Below, piece by piece: positions 52,816 through 64,000 of a stretch of 64,000 bases of DNA. The position numbers and the translations under genes were made by a program. Under the pieces are notes generated by a model. The model saw only the letters and a program-made list of their open reading frames with translations. It did no database searches and was not told where the DNA came from. The DNA is taken from the NCBI GenBank assembly GCA_041307885.1, contig JBFZCO010000062.1, forward strand, positions 3,904 to 67,903, read 5' to 3'. This DNA comes from Burkholderiales bacterium. GTDB lineage: Bacteria; Pseudomonadota; Gammaproteobacteria; Burkholderiales; Burkholderiaceae. Position 1 is the first letter of the stretch; every line of letters starts with the position of its first letter.

Positions 52816-53826
52816 TCAACCTTTGCCAGCCTTTGCGCGAGGATGGGCTTTATCGTACGCCTGGGCCAGGTGCTGAAAATCTAAAGAGGTATAGATCTGG
52901 GTGCTGGCAATGCTGGCATGACCCAGCATCTCCTGAACAGCCCTTAAATCCTGAGAAGACTGCAAAACATGGCTAGCGAAGCTATGACGCATCATATGGG
53001 GATGAACATGGGTTGGAAGTCCCGCTCTCATCGCCAAGGTTCTGAGGCGTGCCTGAACTGTTCGTGGGGATAAACGAGCACCCGTAGCCGATATAAATAA
53101 GGCGCCAGAAAGTGGTGATTGCGCCACTTGCTCGGCTTGACTTCGAATTTCACGCCATGCCTTTAAAGATTGCATAGCGGGGGCGCCGATAGGCACTGAG
53201 CGACGCTTACCACCCTTACCCAGAACGGTCACTTCTGCGGCATCCCAATCTAGCCAGCCTGCTGAAGGATATTGACGATCCTTACTTTGCATCACATCAA
53301 TCCCCAGTAACTCCGATAAACGTAGGCCAGAGGAATAGAGCAAATCAATGATGGCAGCATCACGCACTGTTTCTAAATCTTTCTTTTCTTGCGCCTCATT
53401 AACTGCCTGATTGACAAGAGCAAGTGCTTGCTCCACAGACAAAGCCTTGGGTAATGATTTCAAACGCTTCGGAGCTTTAACATCATCAACTGGGTTTGCT
53501 ATTAAGTGAAGTGTTGAGCGCCCTAGCTGCGCATCTCTACGCGCATCTTTTTCAGTCAGCCAGTCATACCAACCTCGCCATGCAGATAGTGCACGCGCGA
53601 TTGTGCGCGAAGATTTTTCTTTAGAGTGCAAACGCCCTGCCCATCTACGAATATGAGCATTTGTAACCTTTAAGAGCTCTACGGCGTCTTGTTCAGCAAA
53701 ATCTTGAAGTTGGATTAAATCCATGCGATACGCCTTGAGCGTATGAGGGGAGAGCTGCCTTAGTACATGCAACTCATGCAAGTATTCTTGTACCAGAGGA
53801 TGTAACTCAGCTGGCGCTTGGCTCAT
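52816..53826 (-). CDS. xerC: Tyrosine recombinase XerC
   Basis: SGLRLSEL, GKGGKRR, HPHMMRHSFASH and LGHASIASTQIYT motifs; downstream of DUF484. Confidence 0.92.
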   Translation of the reverse strand: MSQAPAELHPLVQEYLHELHVLRQLSPHTLKAYRMDLIQLQDFAEQDAVELLKVTNAHIRRWAGRLHSKEKSSRTIARALSAWRGWYDWLTEKDARRDAQLGRSTLHLIANPVDDVKAPKRLKSLPKALSVEQALALVNQAVNEAQEKKDLETVRDAAIIDLLYSSGLRLSELLGIDVMQSKDRQYPSAGWLDWDAAEVTVLGKGGKRRSVPIGAPAMQSLKAWREIRSQAEQVAQSPLSGALFISATGARLSPRTVQARLRTLAMRAGLPTHVHPHMMRHSFASHVLQSSQDLRAVQEMLGHASIASTQIYTSLDFQHLAQAYDKAHPRAKAGKG

Positions 53827-54481
53827 AAGCCTGGGTACGATCCAAAGCTGCTGCAGTTAATTGGGCAATCTGACGAAGATAAAAAGCGCCCATATCTGCT
53901 GTAAAACGGGTTTCATCACGGCTGGCTAATAGCAACACTGCTGGCGACTGAGTTGCGCCAATGCTTTTGCCTAGCGGTAAGCCAATTGCCACCATGCTTT
54001 GCCATTGAGGATCGATTGCAATTTGGGTTGCAAGTAAATCAACACTAGCAGAGGCAAGCTCTTTGGCAGAACCACATAAAGGGGTATCTACCCATGGACC
54101 AAAAGCAGAGTTGGGCGATAACAGTTGTGCAGACTCCACTTCAAATACTTCTGCCAAACCTAAAGTGACTGCAGCTTCTACATCCGCCTTATTATTTGCG
54201 CCCATTAAGCGCAATAACCAAGCAACCAAGCTTTGCTGAGTTTTGTCATTACGACTACCAAAGTGCAGCATCTCACTCAAACGACGATTAAGCTCTTGGT
54301 TTTGTGTACGCAATAAAGTCATTTGACGCTCTTGTAATGAGATGGCACGATCTTCATGCGGGTGCTTTAAACGAATCTCATTCAAAAGATCTGCGTAACG
54401 GTCAAAAAAACCAGGGGTAGCGCGCAACCAATCAGCCACCAACTCTTCTTGTTCAACTTGCTTGGGATCAATTGCGCTCAT
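53807..54481 (-). CDS. DUF484 (YigA-like) protein
   Basis: V..WL...P.FF, HP...AISLQERQ and RF..DMG..YL motifs; directly upstream of xerC. Confidence 0.88.
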   Translation of the reverse strand: MSAIDPKQVEQEELVADWLRATPGFFDRYADLLNEIRLKHPHEDRAISLQERQMTLLRTQNQELNRRLSEMLHFGSRNDKTQQSLVAWLLRLMGANNKADVEAAVTLGLAEVFEVESAQLLSPNSAFGPWVDTPLCGSAKELASASVDLLATQIAIDPQWQSMVAIGLPLGKSIGATQSPAVLLLASRDETRFTADMGAFYLRQIAQLTAAALDRTQAYEPSAS

Positions 54482-54518
54482 CTATTTCTTTCTCGCTTAT
54501 TTATTGTTTAGCCTCTGA

Positions 54519-55991
54519 CTAACTCAGCTTTTTACGTAATAACTCATTTACTTGACTCGGATTAGCCTTGCCTTGGGATGCCTTCATAATCTGCCCCACC
54601 AATGCATTAAATGCCTTTTCTTTACCTGAGCGGAACTCTTCAACTGACTTTTCATTGGCTGCCAAGACTTTATCAATCATCGCCTCCAACTCACCGCTAT
54701 CGCTGATTTGCTTTAAGCCTTTGGCATCAATCACCTGATCAACTGTGCTGATGGCATTGCCTGTAATTGCTTCTTCCCAGAGAATTGCAAAGATATCTTT
54801 TGCAATCTTATTAGAAATGGTGCCATCTGCTACACGCGTCAATAACGGAGCCAAATGCACTGCATTTAACGGTGCATTAGCGCTCGCTATGCCAGCACGA
54901 TTCAGTGAAGATGCAAACTCACCTGCGATAAGATTTGCTGCTGCCTTTGCAAGTGGTTTACCAACAATCACTAATAAGGCTTCAAATAACTTAGCCGTAT
55001 CTCGATCTTGAGTCAGCAACTGGGCATCGTAAGCACTCAATCCAAATTCAGTTTCCCATTGCTCACGTAGTTGCGCAGGTAGTGCTGGCATTTTGCTGCG
55101 CACTTCCGAAATCCATTCATTACTAATGACAACTGGCAATAAATCAGGGTCTGGGAAATAGCGATAGTCGTTTGCATCTTCTTTACTACGCATGCTTCGC
55201 GTCTCTTGACGGTCTGGATCATATAAACGCGTTTCTTGAACAACCGTGCCACCATCTTCAATTAATTCAATTTGACGACGGACCTCATATTGAATGGCCT
55301 CCTCTAAAAAACGGAAAGAGTTGAGGTTTTTAATCTCACAACGCGTGCCAAATTCTTTTTGTCCAAGCGGGCGAACGGATACGTTTGCATCGCAGCGAAA
55401 GGAGCCTTCTTGCATATTGCCATCACAAACTCCCAACCACACGACTAGTGTGTGTAAAGCTTTTGCATAAGCAACTGCTTCAGCCGCACTTCGCATCACA
55501 GGCTCTGTCACGATTTCTAATAAAGGAGTGCCAGCACGATTTAAGTCAATCCCACTAGATGGTTCGCCATGTGGCCCAATAAACCCCTCTTCATGCACAG
55601 ACTTACCGGCATCCTCTTCCATATGTGCGCGAGTTAGCTCAACTACTTTTACTTCATCACCTACTAATATTTCGAGCTGTCCACCAACAACTACCGGGAT
55701 TTCCATTTGGCTAATTTGATAGCCTTTTGGTAGATCTGGATAAAAGTAGTTCTTGCGAGCAAAAATACTCGCAGGTGAAATTTTTGCGCCTACCGCCAAA
55801 CCAAAACAAATCGCATGCTCTACAGCTTGGCGATTTAATACGGGTAAAACACCCGGCAATGCCAAATCAACAGCACAAGCTTGAGTATTTGGACTTGCGC
55901 CAAAGTGGGTGCTAGCTCCGCTAAAAATTTTCGATTGTGTTTTTAACTGTGCGTGGGTCTCTAGACCGATAACGACTTCCCATTGCATCAT
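54519..55991 (-). CDS. gatB: Asp/Glu-tRNA amidotransferase subunit B
   Basis: [27 protein letters not shown] and YRYFPDPDL motifs; start 55991 or 55988. Confidence 0.97.
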   Translation of the reverse strand: MMQWEVVIGLETHAQLKTQSKIFSGASTHFGASPNTQACAVDLALPGVLPVLNRQAVEHAICFGLAVGAKISPASIFARKNYFYPDLPKGYQISQMEIPVVVGGQLEILVGDEVKVVELTRAHMEEDAGKSVHEEGFIGPHGEPSSGIDLNRAGTPLLEIVTEPVMRSAAEAVAYAKALHTLVVWLGVCDGNMQEGSFRCDANVSVRPLGQKEFGTRCEIKNLNSFRFLEEAIQYEVRRQIELIEDGGTVVQETRLYDPDRQETRSMRSKEDANDYRYFPDPDLLPVVISNEWISEVRSKMPALPAQLREQWETEFGLSAYDAQLLTQDRDTAKLFEALLVIVGKPLAKAAANLIAGEFASSLNRAGIASANAPLNAVHLAPLLTRVADGTISNKIAKDIFAILWEEAITGNAISTVDQVIDAKGLKQISDSGELEAMIDKVLAANEKSVEEFRSGKEKAFNALVGQIMKASQGKANPSQVNELLRKKLS

Positions 55992-57501
55992 GCCACCTCG
56001 CTTGCAAGACGCATATGCCAATCACTGGCTTGCTGATATTGATGCGCCACTTGGAGTAAACGTGCTTCTGAAAAATAGTTACCAATTAATTGCATACCAA
56101 TTGGCATATCGTTTACGTTAAAGCCGCAGGGAACACTCATTGCTGGCAACCCAGCTAAGTTAGTAGACAGCGTATAGATATCCTCTAAGTACATCTGCAC
56201 TGGATCTTTCGATTTTTCGCCTAGGCGCCATGCCACATCTGGTGTGACTGGTCCTAAGATCACATCACACTTTTGAAATGCTGCTTGAAAATCTGCGGCA
56301 ATAATGCGACGAATTTTTTGAGCTTGTAGGTAATACGCATCGTAATAACCATGCGACAGTACATAGGTACCAATGAGGATGCGACGTCTTACTTCAGCAC
56401 CAAAACCTTCCGTACGAGACTTCTTGTACATGTCAGCAAGATCACGGTACTCATTTGCACGATGCCCATAGCGCACGCCATCAAAACGACTCAAGTTACT
56501 TGAGGCTTCTGCGGGAGCTAAGACGTAATAGACCGGTATCGACAGCTTTGTTTTTGGCAAGCTCACCTCTACTAATTGCGCACCTAATGCTTCCAAGGCT
56601 TTTGCTGCGGCATTTACCGCGTTGGCCACATCTTGCGCTAAACCCTCAGCAAAGAATTCTTTAGGTAAACCAATACGTAAACCTTCCAATGGCTTTGCAG
56701 TGTTTGTGCCATTTTCTTTCCAGGTCTGATTTAGATAGCGCCCATAATCCTCTCCCGAGTCTGCCAAGGAGGTTGAATCGCGTGGGTCGTGAGAAGACAT
56801 TGCTGAGAGCAATAAAGCGCAGTCTTCTGCGGTTTTGCCCATCGGACCAGCCTGATCTAAGGATGATGCATAGGCAATCATGCCGTAACGAGATACGCGC
56901 CCATAGCTAGGCTTAATGCCCGTAAGACCACAAAAAGCGGCAGGCTGACGAATCGAACCGCCAGTATCTGTTCCTGTCGCAATAGGCGCCAATCCGGCGG
57001 CCACTGCTGCGGCCGAGCCTCCAGAAGAGCCTCCCGCCACATATTCTGAATTCCAAGGGTTTAAGACGGGGCCATATGCTGAATTTTCATTGGACGAGCC
57101 CATCGCAAACTCATCCATATTGGTCTTACCCAAGCACACCATGCCAGCACCATTTGGATTTTCCTTGCTTGGCATTCCCAAGTTCGCCACCACTGTGGCA
57201 TCAAAGGGGCTGAGGTAACCTGCGAGCATTTTGGAGGCAGCAGTCGACTTCCAGCCACGGGTTACAAAGACATCCTTATGGGCAATAGGTATGCCAGTTA
57301 ACTTACCAGCTTTACCCGATGCCAATAACTCATCGGCTTTGGATGCTTGCTCTAAACTTAAGTGAGCGCTCACATCTAGATAGGCATTCCACCTTTTTCC
57401 AGCCTCAATTCGATCTAAAAAGTACTTGGTTAACTCGGTACTTGAGACCTCCTTAGCGGCCAGTGCTTTTGCTATGAGCGAAACAGGGGTTTGGTGCCAA
57501 C

Positions 57502-57505
<4 letters not shown>
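55988..57505 (-). CDS. gatA: Asp/Glu-tRNA amidotransferase subunit A
   Basis: [20 protein letters not shown] and [10 protein letters not shown] amidase signature. Confidence 0.97.
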
Positions 57506-58901
<1,396 letters not shown>

Positions 58902-58925
58902 TTGACCTAAGCGTCGATTAGGGAA

Positions 58926-59852
58926 TTGCAACATAGCGCTCCTCCTCTTTTCAGACAAGGCGTTCCAGCTTTAGTCAAACTGATTGTCTGTTTATCGATC
59001 AGCATCGCCTTGATGTTGATCGACTTTCGTTACAAGACGCTTGATCCTATTCGTGACAATATTAATTGGCTTTTACGCCCGCTAGAGTACGTCACAATAC
59101 TGCCTCGTAGCGCTTATCAAGCAAGCTCAGAGTATTTAACAACCCGCGGAACTTTAGACAAAGAAAATCAAGAAATGAAAGTTCGCCAAGCTGAACTTTC
59201 TCTACTTGCCAATCAATCTGAATTTCTGATGATTGAGAATCAAAACTTACGAAAGTTGATGGACTTACAAAAGCAGGTTGCATTTAAGACGCTACCTGTA
59301 GAAATTTTATTTAATCCTACCAATCCAATTTCACAACGCATTGTTATTAATCGCGGTAGCGCCGATGGCCTCAAACTAGGCAATCCCATTGCAAATGATT
59401 CGGGCATATTGGGGCAAGTTGTGCGTCTGTATGAGCGCTCTTCTGAAGTCTCACTTTTAGAAGATCGTGATTTTGCAGTACCAGTCCAGATTGCGCGCAA
59501 TGGCTTAAGGGCGGCAGTGTTTGGGGCAGGTCGTGGCAATCCCTTAGAGCTGCGCTATTTGCCTGTTGCCAGCGATTTAGAAGTCGGGGATGTACTGATT
59601 ACCTCTGGTATCGATGGGGTATATCCCCCTGGATTTGCAGTGGCTGTGATCAGTCGTATCGAACGAAATGTTGATAAAAATTCATCTAATGTTTTTTGCT
59701 TGCCTATTGCGCCCATCAATCGTCATCGCCAAGCATTAGCACTGCTTTACGATCCACAGTGGGATGCAAAAGCACCAAGTGCTAATAAGCTAGGCGCACC
59801 CCAAACAAATACCCCGGGCCGTCGCCAAACTCGTGCGCGAGGTATGCAATGA
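58926..59852 (+). CDS. mreC: Rod shape-determining protein MreC
   Basis: TM plus coiled coil, EN..LR.L and TSGIDGVYPPG motifs. Confidence 0.95.
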   Translation: MQHSAPPLFRQGVPALVKLIVCLSISIALMLIDFRYKTLDPIRDNINWLLRPLEYVTILPRSAYQASSEYLTTRGTLDKENQEMKVRQAELSLLANQSEFLMIENQNLRKLMDLQKQVAFKTLPVEILFNPTNPISQRIVINRGSADGLKLGNPIANDSGILGQVVRLYERSSEVSLLEDRDFAVPVQIARNGLRAAVFGAGRGNPLELRYLPVASDLEVGDVLITSGIDGVYPPGFAVAVISRIERNVDKNSSNVFCLPIAPINRHRQALALLYDPQWDAKAPSANKLGAPQTNTPGRRQTRARGMQ

Positions 59853-60373
59853 TTGATTTTCAGAGCGGCTACATTCTAAGACCGGTCAATCCTGTCTTCA
59901 TTTACTTTAGCCTGTTTTGTGCGCTTCTACTCAATCTATTACCCATTGGCAATTACGGATGGGTGCCTGATTGGCTCATTATTTGTATTGTGTTTTGGAA
60001 CATCCACCAGCATCGCTATGTTGGCGTTATCACTGCATTTATTCTTGGTCTCCTAATGGATGTCCATAACTCGGACTTATTAGGACTGCATGCGTTTAGC
60101 TACTCATTAGTTGCCTATGTTGCAATTTCTTGGCATCGACGCATCATTGCGTTATCAATACTGGTCCAAGCCTTACATCTATTGCCGATATTCCTATTGG
60201 TCTCACTTTTTCCAGTGCTTGCTCATTGGATATTAAGCGGCGAATTCTACTGGTGGGCTTTAACAGGCACCGCTCAAGCCATCATTGAAGCAATACTCTG
60301 GCCAGTAGCAACCCGAATACTTTTGTCGCCACAACGTCGTCCAATTGACGTTGATCACAATCGCCCGATTTAG
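59849..60373 (+). CDS. mreD: Rod shape-determining protein MreD
   Basis: Hydrophobic protein with PDW and AF.LGLLMD..LLG motifs; position in the mre operon. Confidence 0.93.
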   Translation: MIDFQSGYILRPVNPVFIYFSLFCALLLNLLPIGNYGWVPDWLIICIVFWNIHQHRYVGVITAFILGLLMDVHNSDLLGLHAFSYSLVAYVAISWHRRIIALSILVQALHLLPIFLLVSLFPVLAHWILSGEFYWWALTGTAQAIIEAILWPVATRILLSPQRRPIDVDHNRPI

Positions 60374-60381
60374 AGCGAGAT

Positions 60382-62289
60382 ATGGTCTCATTTAAAAAAC
60401 CCGATCTCGATTCATTTCAAGAGCGCATTCGAATAGCGACAATTTTTGTCACTATTTGCTTCCTCATCCTCATTACACGATTGGTGTGGTTACAACTGGT
60501 TAGCCATGGAAAATATTCCGTTCTTGCTGAAAATAATCGTATAGCAATAGTTCCAGCCCCGGCAAATCGGGGCTTATTGATAGACCGCAATGGCATTGTG
60601 ATTGGGCGAAATTACTCCGCCTTGACTTTAGACATCAATGCGGAAGAGGTCAAAGGCAATGTTGATGAGCTGATCGATCAGCTATCAGAAATCGTACTCA
60701 TCTCACCAAGAGATCGCCGCAATTTCAAACGCTCTCTTGAAGATTCTCGAAAAATGGGCACTTTTCCCCTCAGATCTATGCTGACTGAGGCAGAGACTGC
60801 TCGATTTATGGCCAATCGCTATCGATTCCCCGGGGTCGAGATTAGGGCGCGGAGCTTTCGGGAGTATCCATATAACGAATTGGCCTCACATTTAATTGGC
60901 TATATTGGGCGCGTTTCTCAGAAGGATCGAGAGCGCATGCAAGCTGAAATTGAAAACTCAAAAACAGATGATCCTGATGCACTACAGGCTTCATTTCTGC
61001 CTGGTATCCAATACGTAGGAAAAATTGGCTTAGAGCAAAGCTATGAGTCTGTATTGCGGGGTACTCCTGGCTATGAACAAGTCGAAATCACAGCTGGCGG
61101 AAAACCAGTACGCACACTTGCTAGCTCACCTTCAGTGCCCGGTAAAAATGTCATTCTATCTGTTGATATCAAGTTACAGTATTTAGTAGAACAACTGTAT
61201 GGAAATTTTCGTGGGGCGTTCGTTGCAATTGAACCAGAGACAGGCGACATCCTAGCCTTTGTATCAAAACCCAATTTCAATCCAAACGATTTTGTTGAAG
61301 GTATCGATGCAGTAACGTGGAAAGAATTGAATGACTCTCCACAAAAGCCTTTGTATAACCGTCCGCTGAAGGGCATCTATCCCCCTGGATCAACATACAA
61401 GCCATTCATGGCATTGGCTGCCCTAGAAACAAAAATGCGTACGCCTTCTCAGTCCATTTCTGATCCTGGTTATTTCACACTTGGAAACCATACCTTTCGT
61501 GATGATAAGAAAGGTGGACATGGGGTCGTCGATATGCAAAAGTCAATCGTCGAGTCTTGCGACACATACTATTACTTACTCGCGCGCGATATGGGCGTCA
61601 ATATGATGCATGACTTTATGAAGCCATTTGGTTTTGGACAAATTACCGGCATTGACTTAAAAGGCGAATCCAAAGGAGTGCTACCTTCAACTGACTGGAA
61701 GAAGGCTACGTTTAAAAAACCAGAGCAACAAAAATGGTATGAAGGCGAAACTATTTCCCTAGGAATTGGTCAAGGCTACAACGCCTTTACTATTCTTCAA
61801 TTGGCACATGGGATGGCGAATCTAGCGAACAATGGAATCGTCATGAAGCCACATCTCGTAAAAGCGATTGAAGATCCATTCACTCGTCATCGCGAACTAA
61901 CTACGCCCAAAGAAAGTTATCGCATTGATTTGAAGCCTGAGAATATTGAAATCATTAAAAAAGCGATGATTGAAGTTAATATTTCTGGAACATCGGCTTC
62001 TGTATTTAAGGGCACCAACTATTCTGCCGGTGGAAAAACTGGTACTGCCCAAGTATTCAGTCTTAACTCTAAAGAGTATGACCATGGATCGACTGCAGAG
62101 TTTTTACGTGATCATGCTTTATATGTAGCATTTGCACCTGCTGACAAACCAACAATTGTGATTGCGATGGTCGTTGAAAATGCAGGCTTTGGTGCGCAGC
62201 ACGCAGCGCCAATTGCACGCAAAGCATTAGATTTTTATCTTGAAGGTAAATGGCCTAAGGAGATTCCTGAGTGGAAAAGAGCGCCATAA
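60382..62289 (+). CDS. mrdA: Penicillin-binding protein 2
   Basis: PGSTYK (SxxK), SCD and KTGTAQ motifs. Confidence 0.96.
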   Translation: MVSFKKPDLDSFQERIRIATIFVTICFLILITRLVWLQLVSHGKYSVLAENNRIAIVPAPANRGLLIDRNGIVIGRNYSALTLDINAEEVKGNVDELIDQLSEIVLISPRDRRNFKRSLEDSRKMGTFPLRSMLTEAETARFMANRYRFPGVEIRARSFREYPYNELASHLIGYIGRVSQKDRERMQAEIENSKTDDPDALQASFLPGIQYVGKIGLEQSYESVLRGTPGYEQVEITAGGKPVRTLASSPSVPGKNVILSVDIKLQYLVEQLYGNFRGAFVAIEPETGDILAFVSKPNFNPNDFVEGIDAVTWKELNDSPQKPLYNRPLKGIYPPGSTYKPFMALAALETKMRTPSQSISDPGYFTLGNHTFRDDKKGGHGVVDMQKSIVESCDTYYYLLARDMGVNMMHDFMKPFGFGQITGIDLKGESKGVLPSTDWKKATFKKPEQQKWYEGETISLGIGQGYNAFTILQLAHGMANLANNGIVMKPHLVKAIEDPFTRHRELTTPKESYRIDLKPENIEIIKKAMIEVNISGTSASVFKGTNYSAGGKTGTAQVFSLNSKEYDHGSTAEFLRDHALYVAFAPADKPTIVIAMVVENAGFGAQHAAPIARKALDFYLEGKWPKEIPEWKRAP

Positions 62290-63422
62290 AAAATATTAAA
62301 AAAATATTTCTCGGTATTTTTAGCGGACTTGATCAACAGCTAGGCCTTATTCTGCTTGGGTTAGCAACCATTGGCTTTCTGATTTTTTTATCAGCCAGTC
62401 AAAACACTCCCGTACGATTTGAAGATGAATTGCGTAATCTTGCACTGTCATTTATTGTCATGTGGGTTGTTTCACGTATTCCACCAAAGTGGTTGGAGAT
62501 GGCAGCCGTTTGGATTTACGGTATTGGCGTTGCGCTACTAATCGCTGTTGCTGTCTTTGGATTAATTAAAAAAGGTGCGCGACGCTGGCTCAATATTGGA
62601 TTTGTTATTCAACCGTCAGAGCTAATGAAAATTGCAATGCCGCTTATGTTGGCATGGTACTTTCAAAAACGTGAGGGTATTAAAAGCTCTTGGGACTATG
62701 GAGTCGCGGCGATTATTTTAGGCATTCCTGTTTATCTCATTGCCCGACAACCTGATTTAGGAACCTCTCTGCTAGTTTTCGCTGCAGGAATGTACGTCAT
62801 TATTTTGGCAGGACTTCCATGGAAATGGATTCTGCCATTTATTGGTCTTGGTGCGCTGGGAATAATCCTCATTATTATTTTTGGCAGCACGATTTGCGCT
62901 CAAGATGTTGTTTGGCCATTTGTGCATAACTATCAGAAACATCGTGTGTGCACCTTGCTTGACCCTAGCAGTGATCCTCTTGGAAAAGGTTTTCATACTA
63001 TTCAATCAATGATTGCTATCGGGTCTGGTGGATTTTTTGGAAAAGGTTGGTTCCAAGGTACTCAAGCACACCTTGAATTTATTCCTGAAAAACACACTGA
63101 CTTTATTTTTGCCGTTTACTCAGAAGAGTTTGGGTTATTGGGTAATATTGTTTTGCTTGCGCTGTTCTTTGCTCTTATTAAAAGAGGTTTAGCAATATCA
63201 GCAAGTGCGCCAAATTTATTTACACGCCTATTAGGGGCATCAGTCACCTTAATTTTCTTTACCTATGCCTTTGTTAATATTGGCATGGTTAGCGGACTTC
63301 TGCCAATCGTAGGCGTTCCATTACCATTTATCAGCTATGGCGGTACCGCATTGGTTACCTTGGGCTTTGGGGCTGGAATCCTCATGAGCATTCATCGCCA
63401 CCGACGTTTAGTGCAAAGCTAA
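62271..63422 (+). CDS. rodA: Rod shape-determining protein RodA (SEDS family)
   Basis: GARRW, QPSELMK, QPDLG, PEKHTDFIF and LPFISYGG motifs; AAGGAG before GTG. Confidence 0.96.
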   Translation: MEKSAIKNIKKIFLGIFSGLDQQLGLILLGLATIGFLIFLSASQNTPVRFEDELRNLALSFIVMWVVSRIPPKWLEMAAVWIYGIGVALLIAVAVFGLIKKGARRWLNIGFVIQPSELMKIAMPLMLAWYFQKREGIKSSWDYGVAAIILGIPVYLIARQPDLGTSLLVFAAGMYVIILAGLPWKWILPFIGLGALGIILIIIFGSTICAQDVVWPFVHNYQKHRVCTLLDPSSDPLGKGFHTIQSMIAIGSGGFFGKGWFQGTQAHLEFIPEKHTDFIFAVYSEEFGLLGNIVLLALFFALIKRGLAISASAPNLFTRLLGASVTLIFFTYAFVNIGMVSGLLPIVGVPLPFISYGGTALVTLGFGAGILMSIHRHRRLVQS

Positions 63423-63450
63423 TCATTGGAGCAGCTCGATTGGTGACAAT

Positions 63451-63478
63451 AAAAAAGCCCGGCATGCCGGGCTTTTTA
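63451..63478. terminator. Bidirectional intrinsic terminator between rodA and HU
   Basis: Perfect 26-bp palindrome AAAAAGCCCGGCATGCCGGGCTTTTT (63452-63477) between convergent genes. Confidence 0.88.
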
Positions 63479-63493
63479 TCAACAGTATAAGAA

Positions 63494-63778
63494 TTACTTC
63501 TTACGCTTGTTAACTGAATCTTTAAATGCTTTACCAGCAGAAAACTTAACAGTTTTAGCAGCAGCAATTTTGAGTGGCTCGCCAGTTTTTGGATTGCGAC
63601 CCATACGTGCAGCACGCTTACCAGAAGCGAATGTACCAAAGCCGATCAGTTGAACTGAATCGCCCTTTGTAACAGCTTTAATGATTGTGTCGATTGCAGA
63701 ATTCAATGCGAATTCAGCTTTGGCTTTAGAAATCTCCGCGTCGTCAGCAATCGCTGCGATTAGTTCGGCTTTGTTCAA
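63494..63778 (-). CDS. HU family DNA-binding protein
   Basis: [15 protein letters not shown] and [13 protein letters not shown] motifs; TTG start at 63778 after AAGGAG. Confidence 0.95.
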   Translation of the reverse strand: MNKAELIAAIADDAEISKAKAEFALNSAIDTIIKAVTKGDSVQLIGFGTFASGKRAARMGRNPKTGEPLKIAAAKTVKFSAGKAFKDSVNKRKK

Positions 63779-64000
63779 GTGAAGCTCCTTATAGATATTG
63801 ATGTCAGCGCACATTGCGCTTACACGATTTTAACCACAAAAAATTATAAAAATAAAGCTGCATTACAGCAAATTTTTTTACTACCCCTTCTTACTCTTCT
63901 AAAACAGTAATATCAAAGACAAAATACTCGGTGTCCCCAAAGCAAGTTGTTGGCAACCCAATGTGTTGATTGTATTTAAGTGCGACCTTTTTACCTAAAT

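Noticed and set aside
52816-53826. Tyrosine recombinase as a possible phage or island integrase
   Set aside because: The DUF484 linkage and motifs fit housekeeping XerC, and there are no att repeats, tRNA or cargo genes.
63779-64000. AT-rich region upstream of HU as a possible sRNA or origin
   Set aside because: It has only weak short inverted repeats and no DnaA boxes, is consistent with an ordinary promoter region, and is truncated by the window edge.

Overview
This is a gene-dense stretch of core chromosome (roughly mid-40s % GC by eye) from a streamlined Burkholderiaceae betaproteobacterium, most likely Polynucleobacter. That assignment is inferred from gene content, gene order and compaction, not from a database search. 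Housekeeping content includes birA-coaX, rfaE2, dsbA-SPOR-argS, a split metH, phaM, acuI, a MexI/MexW-type RND pump with pirin, glmUS-ttcA-folB, cca, slt, metK-ahcY-metF, two LpxL-family acyltransferases with dapF, pyrE/xth, a long minus-strand run from gatCAB through DUF484-xerC-COG0523-dksA-argB-slmA-metX-metW-ampG, mreBCD-mrdA-rodA and HU. I saw no mobile elements, CRISPR arrays, rRNA or tRNA genes. Two riboswitches are readable: SAH before ahcY and a SAM-II-type before metK. The most interesting signals are five. (1) A putative furan-fatty-acid (singlet-oxygen defence) operon led by a signal-peptide-bearing glutathione peroxidase, with a palindromic operator candidate. (2) A recurring TANNNT-N6..9-start-codon layout suggesting many leaderless mRNAs, with symmetric -10 boxes in tiny divergent gaps. 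(3) A PhaM basic tail overprinted on the antisense of the neighbouring gene. (4) An apparent ~9.5 kb inversion separating dapF from DUF484-xerC. (5) A single-Cys DksA beside a His-rich COG0523 chaperone. All promoter and operator calls were made by eye and need TSS data.
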